Shown here: positions 49,856-62,277 of the stretch, piece by piece
Numbering within the stretch: position 1 is the first letter of the stretch
Layout: each line of letters begins with the position of its first letter
Assembly: GCF_964204645.1 (NCBI RefSeq)
Contig: NC_134026.1
Span: 17,952,150 to 18,016,149 of the forward strand
Direction: 5' to 3'
Length of the DNA: 64,000 nucleotides
DNA from: Tubulanus polymorphus
Taxonomy: Eukaryota; Animalia; Nemertea
Notes under the pieces: model-generated
What the model was told of the DNA's origin: nothing
Database searches by the model: none
The model's input: the letters and a program-made list of their open reading frames with translations, nothing else
Made by a program: the position numbers and the translations under genes

Positions 49856-52800
49856 ATGGACGAAGAAGATAAGAAAAAATTATACAACACGAGGAAAGGA
49901 CATCGGAGTCACCTAACGAAATTATTTACGAGAGGAAGAGACGCGGTATCTCAGGAGCAAAGCGTGCAAGGTATGTCCGTCGTATCGATGATAAAGGAAA
50001 AAATTCAAATGATGACCGATTTAGATTCAAACTTATTAGAATTTTATTCGAAAGAAAAAGAAATTTGCGACTTTATCGCCGAGTCTGAAGATTATTTGTC
50101 GGAACGAAAAATTGATTTGTCAGTGTTGGAGCATTCCGTACAAGCTCTTACGATTAATGTTCCTTCAAACCGTGATTTTACAACTCGTCCGAAAAGATTA
50201 ACGCTCGAAAAATTAAAATTGCCGACATTCTCAGGAAACCTCCTAGAATGGAAGTCATTCTGGGACTTATTTTGCGCAACCGTTGACGAGCAGTCGGATC
50301 TCTCGGGTATCGAAAAATTTAGTCATTTGATTACTCATTTGACAGGAGAAGCCAAAGAATGTCTTGAGGGCCTCCCGTTAACCGATGTGAATTATTTCGT
50401 TGCAAAAAAGTTATTGTGCGACCGATTCGGGCAAGCTCATAAAATCGCTGAGGTCTATATGACATCCTTGTTGAGTTTACCGGCACCCCGCTATGATCTA
50501 AAATCGTTAAGGTCATTTTACGATAAGTTAGAGAAATACATCAGGAGTTTAGATTCGATAGGGAAGCCTACTTCAAATTATGGCGCCATGTTAGTTCCGG
50601 TTCTGCGAACGAAATTACCATATGAAGTAAATTTGAGTATTTCTAAAGAGCATGGCAATAAAGACTGGGACCTCGACTCGTTGCGTACGGCTATAAAGAA
50701 TGAAGTGTTAACTCTCGAGGCGTGTAACACTTTGAGTTGTTCGAATTCAACTCAAGCCAAAAGTTCAACCGTGACGTCGTTGATTTCGACCGTAGATCGC
50801 GTGAATTATAATAGACCGGTTAAACAACAACTACACCGTCCCAACAATTCGAACCGCGGTAAATGCGCGTATTGTTATTCTTCAAATCATTACGCGAACC
50901 AGTGCGAGATCATAACTGACCCTGAAATTCGCTTCAGTATGATCAGAAATGCGAATTTATGTTATAGTTGTTTAGGGAAACACCGTTCTCGAGATTGTGG
51001 TTCTCAACAGCGGTGTAAATCGTGCGGCGGCAAACATCATTCGAGTTTGTGCAGTGCTTCTTTTTTCAGGCGATCTCAACCTAAGGGTGTGCGTGCACAT
51101 TTGGTCAGTTGTGAGCGTAGCGTTGATGGTACTGCGCCTACACCTCAGTTAGTACCCGCGGCTCGCAATCCCACACCACAACAGCAGTCAACAATGAGTT
51201 TAATAAATGAATCCAATTCTTACGCAAAATCAGAAACGTCTATAGAAAATGTTAACATTTCAGTAGCCGTTAATACGGTTCAAACGATTCCAGTTCATTT
51301 AAAAACTGCTGTTGGTAGGGTAACGGGACCCGAGGAACATACCTTCGCCAACATCCTTTTCGATGATGGATCGCAAAGATCATTTGTTACGGAAGAGTTA
51401 GCAAATCTTCTAAAATTACAGATTATCAAAAATGCAGATTTGAATTTGTGTACTTTTGGGGCAACTTCGACTACGAACAGGAAGGTCGATATTGTAGAGA
51501 TTAACATAATATGTACAGATGGATCTACTTTAAAAGTCGAAGCAATAGTTGTACCGGCCATAACAAAACCATTACTTGTGCCTTCTGATATTGAAACAAT
51601 TAATGAATTTAAAGGTCTGCAATTTGCACAACCCATACATTACGCTTCAGATCACATCGACATTTCTGTATTAATCGGAAGTGATTATTACTACAATTTT
51701 ATTGAGACTGAAGGCACAATACGGTCGAGCGATGGTCCAGTAGCGGTTCCAACTAAACTCGGTTATGTTATAACTGGGCCTAGGAAAAATGGTAGTTCTA
51801 GTAATGTTAGCATGTTACATGTAGTATCGGAGCCTGATTCTTATAATCTTGGCCGATTCTGGTCGTTAGATATTTTAGGTATCACGCCTCCAGTCGACGA
51901 AACTTCCAATTTTTTAGAGGAATATCTAAATAGTTCTATTTCTAAAGAAGGAGGTATCTATCAGGCAAAACTCCCGTGGAGAGTGGGTTATGGTCCTTTA
52001 CCATCAAATTACTCGGTAGCATACGGCCGTACAAGATCACTCGCTCGGCGCCTGTTTCAATCTTCGTTGTTAGAGAGTTATGACGGGATAATCAAATATC
52101 AATTAGAACGCGACTTCATTGAGAAGGTGGCCTACCCTGATCCTATTGATGATTTAGGGAAAATTCATTATATTCCGCATCACGCTGTATTTCGAGAGTC
52201 TAGTACTACACCTATCCGCATAGTATTTGACTGTAGTTGTCGTTCTTCCAAAAACTCATTAAGTTTGAATGATTGTTTGGAGTCAGGGCCTTGCCTTCTC
52301 AATGAACTCACTTCTATTCTCATACGATTTCGATTATTTGATTGCGCAGTAACCACTGATATCGAAAAAGCGTTTTTGCACGTTGGTTTAGATAAATCGG
52401 ATCGAGATTCTACGCGTTTTCTCTGGCTTAGTGATTCGAAAGACACTGAAAGTACATTTGAGGTTTATCGCTTTAAGAGAGTCCTTTTCGGTGCGAAATG
52501 TTCGCCGTTTATGCTAAATAGTACAATTATATATCATCTTAGAAACAATTTCAAAGGTAAATTTACGAATAACCTTTTGCGAGATATATATGTCGACAAT
52601 ATTAGTACAAGCGTAAACTCTGTGTCAGATGTAATTCAGTTCTATAAAGAAGCGAGATCACTCAAAGAAAATGCCAATTTCAATTTTCGATGCTGGGCAT
52701 CGAATAGTTCGCAGCTACGTGAGCTTGCAAAACACGACGGTGTACTTGAACCTTCTCGTATTGTAAAGAATCTTGGTCTCATGTGGGACACTGATAGAGA

Positions 52801-55288
52801 TTTGATCGCATATCCAAAGCACGCGGTAATAGACGAGTCTCCTATCACAAAACGTGTTATTTTGAAAAGGACCGCCAAAATATATGATCCTCTTGGGTTT
52901 TTGACTCCCGTAACTCTTCCATCAAAATTACTTCTTCAAGATTTATGGAAGCAGTCATACGGATGGGATGATTTGTTACCTAAGGATATTTGTTCTCAAT
53001 GGTTCTCTATTAATGAAAACCTGTGCCGAGCTTTGGATATGACATTTCAGAGAAAGTATTTCTCAGATCCGAATTTGCGAACTACTGATTTAGAACTACA
53101 CATATTTGGTGATAGTTCGACTCGCGCGTATGGAGCAGTGGCGTACCTTAAATCTGGTAGTCAGTCTAGTTTGATAATGTCAAAATCTCGTGTCGCTCCA
53201 GTTAAAGAATTGACCATCCCTAAGTTAGAATTGATGGCAGCTACGGTTGCAGCCAGGTTGTCTGATCACATTCAACGTTCAATTAATCCAACCATTGGTT
53301 CTAATTCGCCTATAAAATCCTTTCACTGGACTGACAGTCAGATTGTATTGGGTTGGTTAAATTCAGGAAAGAAACAGACACAATTTGTGAATAACCGGGT
53401 ATCCGAGATTAGAAAATTAACTTCTTTAAACAGTTGGTTTTACTGTCCAGGTAACGTTAACCCTGCAGACCTGTTAACTCGCGGTGTGCATTACAATGAG
53501 TTAACAGCTGATCTATGGTTAAAAGGGCCATCTTGGTTGACCAATGGGAGTCCTCTACCTGAACAGCCTAGCACAATTTCAATCAATTACGTAGTGGCTC
53601 AAAATTCCGATCCAATTCGTAAGAAGGAAAGTTCAATTTTTACTTTTCAATTGGGAGAAGTTATAGATTATAGTCAATTCACGTCATACTCAGAGTTGGT
53701 AAATGTCATGGCTCTGGCTTTACGCTTTATTCATAACCTTAAATCAATAAAAGAGGATCGAAATCACGGACCACTATCGTCATCAGAAATCGTGAATGCT
53801 GAAAAATTGATAATCAAATATTTTCAGTCCGCTTTGTGTGCCGAGATAATTCAGGACTTGACTAGTGGCACAAAGAGAAAGAAATTATCTGTAGTTAATC
53901 AACTACAATTATACATAGACGACGAGGGCATTATTAGGTGCAAAGGTCGTCTCCAGAATGCTGATATGAGTTTTGATTCTAAACACCCGATATTCGTACC
54001 AAAATCATGTATGTTATCTAGTTTGATTATCAATGATGCTCATCTGCAGGTCATGCATTTCGGTGTAAGTGCAACTGTGTGTAAGATACGAGAAAATTTT
54101 TGGATCCCTCAGATACGCCAAGCAGTCAAGTCTCAGGTCAGAAAATGCGTTACATGTCGCAAAGTTTCTGGTAAACCCTTTACGTTACCAGATCCACCTC
54201 CACTTCCTGGGTATAGAGTTTCTAGATATCCACCGTTTTACTACTGTGGACTGGATTATTGCGGACCATTCGTTTTAAAAAATGGCAGCAATTGTTATAT
54301 TGCATTATTCACATGCACTGTAACCAGAGCAGTCCATTGTGAGGTTGTAGTTAGTAACTCTACAGACGAATTTATAAGATGTTTCCGTAGGTTCACTGCT
54401 CGTCGCTCCGTGCCAAGGATGCTTATCTCTGATAATGCTAGTACCTTTATCGGAGCCAACTCCGAATTGAAGAAGATATTTGAAGCTTTGAGTTCAACGA
54501 ATTTCCTTTCAAAACGACGCATTGATTGGCATTTTATAACAAAAAGAAGCCCTTGGCACGGAGGATTCTACGAGCGATTAATCGGTTTGACAAAGTCTGC
54601 TCTGAAAAAGTGTTTAGGAAGGGCAAAAGTAACTCTAGATGAATTTTCGACATTAATCACAGAAATTGAGTGTACGATTAATGACAGACCCTTAGTCAGG
54701 GAAACATCAGATATCAATGACATTAATGTATTAACTCCATCTCATTTAGTTTGTGGAAGGAAAATTAATTCATTGCCTCATCCTGAGTTTGATATCAATG
54801 ATCCTGATTATTCCAATTTGTCAGAATCCGAGTTGCAGAATCGATATAAATTCCTGGTTACACTTCAAGATAAATTTTGGGATAAGTGGCATAAAGAGTA
54901 CCTGGTAAATTTGAGAGAATCTCATAAATCTGTTGGCGATAATTATCAAAATATCAAACCGGGAATGCTAGTTTTAATACATGACGCACATGTTCCACGT
55001 TTACGATGGAAATTAGCTATAATTACTAAGATTTTGCGCGGGGAGGATGACCTCATTCGGTCAGTAGAGTTAAAAACTGCCAATGGTTTCACTAACCGTC
55101 CAATTTCTAAACTAGTTTATCTAGAAGTAAATGTTCCAGTTGAATCCATTCCAGTGCAAAATTCAATTTCAACTGATGAGAAAACTCAAACTCCTCGTCC
55201 CCCTACTCGTGCATCGGCAATATTTGCCAAAGATAGAATTTCGAAGCAATTAAAGGTTTTGGAAGATCAAGATACAGATAATGCTTAA
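49856..55288 (+). CDS. BEL/Pao gag-pol polyprotein (Gag with three Cys/His knuckles, aspartic protease, RT, RNase H, integrase), 1810 aa
   Basis: LPTFSGNLLEWKSFWD Gag motif; CAYC/CYSC/CKSC knuckles; LFDDGSQRSF protease; DIEKAF and YVDN RT; FGDSS..AYGAVAY, PKLEL, WTDS RNase H; HxxxxH..CxxC, GLDYCGP, SDNASTF, GGFYERL integrase. Confidence 0.97.
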   Translation: MDEEDKKKLYNTRKGHRSHLTKLFTRGRDAVSQEQSVQGMSVVSMIKEKIQMMTDLDSNLLEFYSKEKEICDFIAESEDYLSERKIDLSVLEHSVQALTINVPSNRDFTTRPKRLTLEKLKLPTFSGNLLEWKSFWDLFCATVDEQSDLSGIEKFSHLITHLTGEAKECLEGLPLTDVNYFVAKKLLCDRFGQAHKIAEVYMTSLLSLPAPRYDLKSLRSFYDKLEKYIRSLDSIGKPTSNYGAMLVPVLRTKLPYEVNLSISKEHGNKDWDLDSLRTAIKNEVLTLEACNTLSCSNSTQAKSSTVTSLISTVDRVNYNRPVKQQLHRPNNSNRGKCAYCYSSNHYANQCEIITDPEIRFSMIRNANLCYSCLGKHRSRDCGSQQRCKSCGGKHHSSLCSASFFRRSQPKGVRAHLVSCERSVDGTAPTPQLVPAARNPTPQQQSTMSLINESNSYAKSETSIENVNISVAVNTVQTIPVHLKTAVGRVTGPEEHTFANILFDDGSQRSFVTEELANLLKLQIIKNADLNLCTFGATSTTNRKVDIVEINIICTDGSTLKVEAIVVPAITKPLLVPSDIETINEFKGLQFAQPIHYASDHIDISVLIGSDYYYNFIETEGTIRSSDGPVAVPTKLGYVITGPRKNGSSSNVSMLHVVSEPDSYNLGRFWSLDILGITPPVDETSNFLEEYLNSSISKEGGIYQAKLPWRVGYGPLPSNYSVAYGRTRSLARRLFQSSLLESYDGIIKYQLERDFIEKVAYPDPIDDLGKIHYIPHHAVFRESSTTPIRIVFDCSCRSSKNSLSLNDCLESGPCLLNELTSILIRFRLFDCAVTTDIEKAFLHVGLDKSDRDSTRFLWLSDSKDTESTFEVYRFKRVLFGAKCSPFMLNSTIIYHLRNNFKGKFTNNLLRDIYVDNISTSVNSVSDVIQFYKEARSLKENANFNFRCWASNSSQLRELAKHDGVLEPSRIVKNLGLMWDTDRDLIAYPKHAVIDESPITKRVILKRTAKIYDPLGFLTPVTLPSKLLLQDLWKQSYGWDDLLPKDICSQWFSINENLCRALDMTFQRKYFSDPNLRTTDLELHIFGDSSTRAYGAVAYLKSGSQSSLIMSKSRVAPVKELTIPKLELMAATVAARLSDHIQRSINPTIGSNSPIKSFHWTDSQIVLGWLNSGKKQTQFVNNRVSEIRKLTSLNSWFYCPGNVNPADLLTRGVHYNELTADLWLKGPSWLTNGSPLPEQPSTISINYVVAQNSDPIRKKESSIFTFQLGEVIDYSQFTSYSELVNVMALALRFIHNLKSIKEDRNHGPLSSSEIVNAEKLIIKYFQSALCAEIIQDLTSGTKRKKLSVVNQLQLYIDDEGIIRCKGRLQNADMSFDSKHPIFVPKSCMLSSLIINDAHLQVMHFGVSATVCKIRENFWIPQIRQAVKSQVRKCVTCRKVSGKPFTLPDPPPLPGYRVSRYPPFYYCGLDYCGPFVLKNGSNCYIALFTCTVTRAVHCEVVVSNSTDEFIRCFRRFTARRSVPRMLISDNASTFIGANSELKKIFEALSSTNFLSKRRIDWHFITKRSPWHGGFYERLIGLTKSALKKCLGRAKVTLDEFSTLITEIECTINDRPLVRETSDINDINVLTPSHLVCGRKINSLPHPEFDINDPDYSNLSESELQNRYKFLVTLQDKFWDKWHKEYLVNLRESHKSVGDNYQNIKPGMLVLIHDAHVPRLRWKLAIITKILRGEDDLIRSVELKTANGFTNRPISKLVYLEVNVPVESIPVQNSISTDEKTQTPRPPTRASAIFAKDRISKQLKVLEDQDTDNA

Positions 55289-55482
55289 ATTAGTCTCAGT
55301 TCTATTAAGATTATATTACAATTACATGTAAATAGTTTGATTGTTAAATCAATTGTTCATTATAATAATATGTAAATTGTTTGTAATTTCGTACATTGAG
55401 ATATTTGTTATACGAACTTCTATTTCTATTTTGTATGATTCTATGTACGATTTATCTTTAAACTTATCTGCTGTGGTGGGAG

Positions 55483-55688
55483 TGTCACGCAGTACTAGCG
55501 TGTATTATGTAACGTGTTATATTTCACCGATCACAGTTTCACGGGTGATCAACCATGTATATCATTGTGTATATAAACCTTTTCCTGCAATAAAGTGGGT
55601 TTTCAGTTTTTCGTTTGTACCTAGCTGTGTTGGAGTTATTTTTCTGCCTTTGGAGGATCTACAGTCCCAGGTCATTTTCCGTATGACA
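55483..55688 (+). repeat. 3' LTR of intact BEL/Pao element
   Basis: Direct repeat of 49613-49818 followed by TSD GGTGG. Confidence 0.96.
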
Positions 55689-56744
55689 GGTGGCACTCTT
55701 TCAAAAACGGAATGTGACGAACTGATTTCGTGTGAAATCTTTGCTCGCATCCCTGAACGACATTCTATCCAGAAAGGCAGAACCCCATTATCGCTGCTTG
55801 CAGCTATATTTATTATCATAAATGGTCCACTTTCCAGCCAAAAATTTTTCATAAAATGTAACTCCTCTCAGATTCGACTACCAACAGCTTATAAACGTAA
55901 TCTAAATTCTGTCAGCAATATAACTCAGCGCCTGACCATTTTGAATTTGCGTAAAGTAATCTATTATGAATTAATCCCGCATAATTACCGGGTCTAAACA
56001 GCGACAAGAATAGCGCAAAGAATCGTCATCCATTGTTAAAAGTTCACCCCGAAAAGCCTAAAATTTACCGGACGACCTTGAGCTTCAACGGATTACAATT
56101 AGTCATTTCCCACGAACGATAACTACAGCCGGTGTCTTATTAATGAAACGTGGCGGATGGTTGAAATCATTTTCGGCTTAAATTTATCGCGAATTTTAGG
56201 ACCTTAATGAATTTCACGAAACCATGATCCTTAAAATGATTCAATTGGTTAATTCTATTCGTAAATCAATTTACGTTGGCTACATTTCCTGAAGATTTCT
56301 GGCTCGATTCAACGTAATATGGACAGAAATGGTAGCAATTTTCATACGGAATTTTACTTCCGCGTTCACTCGACGACTAGATGACAACGTTAGCAGATTT
56401 TACGTAATTTAAGGTGAGAATCCGTTAACAACGCAGTCTCAAATGTTTTGTGACTTTCTCAAAATTTATCAAAAATTTAACTAATTTTTAGTTCATAAGT
56501 CCTCAAATATTCATAAATGAACAGTTAAAAATTGTTGAAACATGTCGACTCTGCCGTAAAATCAACCTATTAACAGTCCGGAATTTGGGATAATATCGGG
56601 CTTTAGAGAACATAATGCCCCCGAGGTCTTCACATTAACAGAAAAGATTACGTAAGTAATTCACGCGCAGCTCGCGATAGGCGCACAATAGAAATCTGAG
56701 CCGCGCGTTCTTTGAGTGTCACCAATCAAGAGGACCGCTATTGT

Positions 56745-57295
56745 GAAAATTGACTACGGGAGGAATATTCCTCCCAATGTCAATCGATGGAAACTTGACC
56801 ATGGGGTCCGATATTCAAAGAATTGACTTTGGGAGGAATATTCATCCCAAGGTCAAACGAAGAGAATTTGACCTTCAGGTCTGATATTCAAAGTATCGAC
56901 GTCGGGAGGATTGTTCCTCCCTATGTCAAACCAGGGAAGTGTGATGAGAGTTGTTCTATTGCGGGTTGTTCTGCGACCGAATCAAAGTTGATGTTGACTG
57001 GTGTTCAGCTGGTAACACACACTCGATAAGCGTAGCTTACTGCTGTTGCGGTAACCTTTGATGTACCGGCTGAATTGAATAGCCTACATCCGGCAATTAA
57101 AAGCGTCCGTATTCCATCTCATCACACTTCCCTGGTCAAACCATGGACTAAATCTAGTTTATACGTCCATGGTCAAACGAAGGGAAATGGACCTGGTCTG
57201 ATATTCGAAATATTGTCATTTGTCAACTGAAGGAAAACGAACCCGAGTCTTAGATTCAAAGTATATTGATTTAGGGAGGAATTTTTCCTCCCACC
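56745..57295. repeat. Diverged ~69-bp tandem repeat
   Basis: Recurring GGGAGGAATATTCCTCCC hairpin and GATATTCAAAG; interrupted by a MITE. Confidence 0.7.
56932..57134 (-). mobile_element. 203-bp MITE derived from the 4270-6419 element
   Basis: Near-exact reverse complement of 4270-4447 plus an 18-bp TIR CAGGGAAGTGTGATGAGA; TSD GTCAAAC (56925-56931 and 57135-57141). Confidence 0.92.
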
Positions 57296-60043
57296 ACTAA
57301 ATGCTGTAACCTGTAATTTTAGAAAGATAGGTGTTTTGGGTGTAATTAGTTTTTTTAAAGCCATAAAGCCGGTAGATTTATGAATTTCGAGTGATACGAT
57401 ACACAGTGTTCGAGGTAATGAGACGGTATGAGACATAGGCCTACATACAATTTTAGAAAACTAAATAGATTTTGTATTTTCTTTGTCTAACAGTAAATTG
57501 CTATAACTTTGTTGACAATCAACTGTAATCAGATTGTAATCAGGCCCTTCTCGATAAACATGTAGAGGGGAAATCGTAATTAAAACACGTGCATAACATA
57601 GAAATTAAGTTTTGATTATACAGGGAATATATTAGGACTGCTTACAAATTTTCACTAGACTGCGATAAATCTAAATAGCTTAATACGGCACGAGTTTAGC
57701 TAATTTACGGGTTTAAAGGTTCATTTTCAGAGTCAATGGACGTAATTTGATAAATGCATTCTCTAAATGGAAATTCTATAGTAATCGATACAAATCATTT
57801 ATATTAAGTGTTTTTTCTGTTAATTAAGAATGGTCATTCAAGGATTAAAGATCGTTATGAAGCTGATACATTTCATTCGTGTGGATTCTTCTCTCATCAC
57901 TAGTGTTAATAGGAGATTCGCGTGTCACGCATGATAAAAAAAAATTATTCGAGTCGTATTTCTTTCATTTACGGTCGCAAATTAGCCATCGTCCTAGTGA
58001 GCATTATTCTCATTTATACGTAAAAGTGTATTCGGTATGAGGGTTTGTTTCTTTCTTCACTCCTTTATATACAATTCAGAAATAGGAGTTGATAAGGAGG
58101 TTTTTACTCCTAACCGAACTCAGTTCCCATTCAGTTCAGTTCAAGTTTATATATGCATGGAGATCTATGAAATAAGGGAAAATACAATCCAGCCTACTAG
58201 CCACTGAACGTTAGCTCCCAGAAAACGTCAGGAATTTGCAGAGAGAAAACATTATGTTACAAAAATATCGGATAAAATTCATTCTAAACATGCGTTACTA
58301 AGCCCAGAACTCCAGATATCGGGATGTTATGTCTAAGGCAGATTTCTCCCTTTGTGACACAACCATTTAATTACTCATGTGACCATTATGTTAAAACACC
58401 TCTCACAATCAAGCTTAAGATTAAGTGGCCTGCGGTATGAATGATTTAGTATTGATTCATATAGGAAGCATTATAGTCTTTACATTGAAATTAGTTGATA
58501 GAATGCATCTTACTTTTTCTCGACTTAAAAATTATTATTTGATCGACATACCACGGATTCGGAAACTAGTTGATTAAAAGCACAAACGCATATAGTCGCT
58601 ATCCTGGTAATTAAATCGACTTAAAAATCGATTGATTGTTATTGAAATGATGAAAGTTGAAAAAGAAAATCAACGTTTTTATGAGATATATGTTTCGTTG
58701 TTCGTGATATTCAGCATACACCAATGTCCAGTAAAATTTAACAATTCAAAGTTACTACAAAACTTGCAAATTCTAATGTTTATTTAGCGGCAATTTTCCC
58801 CCTGCCATTTTTCCAACGTTTATCCAAAGATTGAAATACTTCATTAATACTAAACTAATACTAAAAGTTATCGCACTGGTAAAATAATATTTCAAATTTC
58901 AAACAGTATTTCAAAGATATTTCAAATAAAAAGTTTCAATAATTTATCGCATCGCACAGCAAAATCCGTGAAATACATTTTTGATTTACGGGTGCCTCAT
59001 TGGCCTGTCATCGCTTGTACAATGAATTCTCTTTAATTGAGCAATATTTACTTAGGACTTAATCACTGACTTTCTATAGATAATGAGCTATACAAAGCCT
59101 AAACCGATAAAATTCAGTGGCTCGTTATTGTCAGCTTGCTTGTATACCAAGCTTCGCTAACATAAACGATGATGTTGCCCTTTTAACTGAAATCTTGACG
59201 TATCAAACCATAAATAAATAAAACTGCAAAAATTGCTTCAATCGTTTTTACGCATGAGGAATCGATCTTGATTTGAAAGGCACTTGTTGACGTGTGGGGA
59301 AAAATTGAAAATTTTCACAGAAATCCTTTAAAACGATTCCAGTTATTTTGGACTTAATTTTGCAATACAAACGAAAACATACCAGCGGCAGCAAATCATA
59401 AGCTCTTTAATGGGTCTTCTTAGGGGATTTTTACCGGGGAATTTCGACCATTACCGTGTAGACGAGCCGGTAACAAAAACCTTTGGAAACAACAAATTAT
59501 TCGCTTGTATGAATTTACGCCACTTTTGATAGGATTGCCTAATCAAATATTTCAATCATGAAGATGGCGAGTTGACTGAGCCCGAGGCGCAAGTCGATAG
59601 TAGTTATATAGAAACAACAAACATAATGTATTTTCCTTAAAAGTGTTTCATCTATAGAGATTTAATACAACTTGTCAACAGTTCAATTTCTATAATGCGA
59701 TGACCTATGTATGAAAATATGTTTTCTGTTTGTTTTACGCGTGATCCAGGGGGATAATACCTTCGCCCAAACGTTCTACACACACATGATACAGTTTAAT
59801 GAATCCGAAATATATCCAGGCCTAGAGTTCATGCTGAAGGATGAAGACTAAGAATATCTTAGCAATATAATTTTTAGAAAGAGATTTTTGTCCACTGAAG
59901 TTTAGAATAGCACGCCGGACTCTTTGTTAGGATCGACCACAGTTCTATAGTGAATTGATTACAAGTAGTTAATTTAGCAAAACAAAGTAAATTGTTCATT
60001 ACAGTGCATTGCTAAGGGTTAGTTGTAAAAAACCCCAGGATGT

Positions 60044-60150
60044 TGGAAAAATGGCCAAGGAAAAATGGCCAGGAAAGAATGGCCAAGGAAAAAATGGCCA
60101 AGGTAATTTGTCTAGGAAAAAATGGCCACGGAAAAAAAGGCCAAGGAAAA
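60044..60150. repeat. ~14-15-bp minisatellite GGAAAAAATGGCCAA
   Basis: About 6 imperfect copies. Confidence 0.8.
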
Positions 60151-61479
60151 TTTATGAGAACTACTGCCAATGTTAATAAAACATAAAGCTTTCAATATAA
60201 TGACATCACATATTTTTCATGGGGCTTAAAACAATTAAAATCGGTATTAATGAGTTCAGAAATGTGATGAACTTACATTTCATTTCATTGCATATAATGA
60301 ATATATCAAGAACTATCATGCAAGTGGTCAATGAATAAACTTACTAGTGATTAACTTAAACTTAATAAAATAACTAAGTCAATAATTCAAAACATCTAAG
60401 TAAGCGAGTAAAAATCCCCTCGGTAAAAATCCCCAATTCTTCAAATTAGGTAATCCCCTCCCTTTGAAGGGATTATAAGTAGATACAATCTTAAGGTCAA
60501 TTAATTCGTATTATTGATACACGTATATCCAATTTATTCATATTTTACTGTCGAACACCGTAAGGATATCAATATGCCCATACAAACTATGCTATTTAAA
60601 TTAAAACATACTACAAATTAACGTTTCATTGATACTAAATTAGTACATATACATGTAGTTATTGCACAGGTTAGTAAAGTGGTTCATCGCGCATTTCAAA
60701 TATATTACACTAGCTTGAATCTAAAATATTTAATATCAAAAGTACGTTATTTCTAATAATTCATGGCATCGCACAGCTGAAATTCAAAAATATTCCAGTT
60801 CGAATCTTAAGATATTACAAATAAAAGTTTATTACTCTTATTAATTCTTACAATTTATTTTATCCGTAAGAATTTATCGCAACGAAAGATTTCATTTAAA
60901 AGTTCAAACATATTTCAGTCTCATTGCAAATTCGAGAAACATCGTGCTTTGACATGTTCTTGACAATCACCAAGTATGAATATTTGGGGGATTTTTACCT
61001 AGGGTATGTTTACCCAGGGTTTAGATTTTTTAGATTTCTACATAGGAAATCTTTACCAGGTGATCTTTTTTGAACGGATGAAGGTATTTTGAAGGAGATA
61101 TTCTGGGGGATTTTTAATTGTCATATCTAGCTACAGTAGATACTTTGATTATTCGCTACGTTACTTATTACATATCACACAAATCCGCGTATACGCTAGA
61201 ATCAATACTGTTAGCAAAAATCACTAAGAATCGCAATTTGCTCATTTTGTAATATTTTTGAAATCGTCCAATTTTATTGCAGAGATTCCCCGATATATCA
61301 CGAGTAATGAAACAGATATCACGTTTAAACGTAGATTTTTCTTTTATTTTGAAATCCATAGAGCAAACATTGGAACCTAATGTTATAGGCTTTCTCATAC
61401 TTCACCCAAATGGCTAATGGCAGGTGGGTTGAAATAACATGTTCTTGTGACGTTGCGTTAATCTGGTTCAGCGCCGTCG

Positions 61480-62050
61480 AAGGGTCTAGAAGTTCTTTCT
61501 CACCACCAGTGAAATTCCAATGTCTGAACATTTCCTTTAGGGTGTTCCGCGTCTAGCGATGAATCTTCTAAGCACCATTATGAAGCTGCCCGTGTCAAGC
61601 GAATAAGCAACTTCCAAGTTCCTTTCTGATTTGGATCGGTCCAAAGTAGTCGATCCCGACATTGTTGAATGGGCTCATGGTATCGAATTTGGCTGCAGGG
61701 AGATTTTCATCCAGACTCAGAGTGAGTGCCAGTATTTTGCCTGTTCTCGAGATGGTTTGAACGTGGCTGTACGCTTCTTCTTGTGCTGCTTTCACGATCA
61801 AGATTTCTGCTTCTTTCGGAGGGAAAAGACAACAGTGAATGCTTAATCAGACGCATCGCTAAATGCATGTAGCTGTCGCCCGGCTGACTGAACTTCTCTG
61901 GTGCTTCGTAACATCTGAGAATCTTAAATATCTTGAGTTTGACCAATTCTTCCAGCCACATCTGCCAAGTTTCCGGGTCGTCCTTTGTGGTTTCAGTCGA
62001 ATCTTGGCATCAAAGACGTTGCATCAGGATTCGAAGACTGATGAGACTTT
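61480..62050 (-). pseudogene. Highly decayed BEL/Pao RNase H/integrase remnant
   Basis: PFNNVGIDYFGP, IVKAAQEEAY, WLEEL. Confidence 0.65.
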
Positions 62051-62277
62051 GCTGGGCACTCTCTGTTTGATAGCCAGCGTCATTGCCTACCTGGTCAATT
62101 CTCATTGTCGTGGTAATGTGGTATGTATTCCTTTGTGATTATGTCTACTGTTCCTGTTCTGCCTTCGTGCGTCACTCCTACGCTGAGAGGGTTGAGATTC
62201 AGTCATCTTAAACGCTTTTGCTATGTGGACTTTTTTCTTACATTTTCTTGCGTCCTTGTTACTTTGAGCCATGTTAA

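Larger units (their letters stand above)
49613..55688 (+). mobile_element. Intact BEL/Pao LTR retrotransposon
   Basis: 206-bp LTRs 49613-49818 and 55483-55688 (TG...CA), identical by eye; 5-bp TSD GGTGG (49608-49612 and 55689-55693); PBS after the 5' LTR; GTGGTGGGAG tract before the 3' LTR; single long ORF. Confidence 0.97.
48391..55811 (+). mobile_element. Helentron-type element (family A-related) hosting the intact BEL insertion
   Basis: 5' TAGGGCAGAAACCCTATTG..GATTATTATT; 3' CAGAACCCCATTATCGCTGCTTGCAGCTATATTT at 55778-55811. Confidence 0.65.

Noticed and set aside
55341-55997. 218-aa ORF after the BEL polyprotein (possible env)
   Set aside because: Non-ATG start, runs through the 3' LTR into flanking DNA, no env features
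60405-61120. Opposed AAAATCCCC / GGGGATTTT motif clusters suggesting a MITE
   Set aside because: Termini and TSD could not be defined
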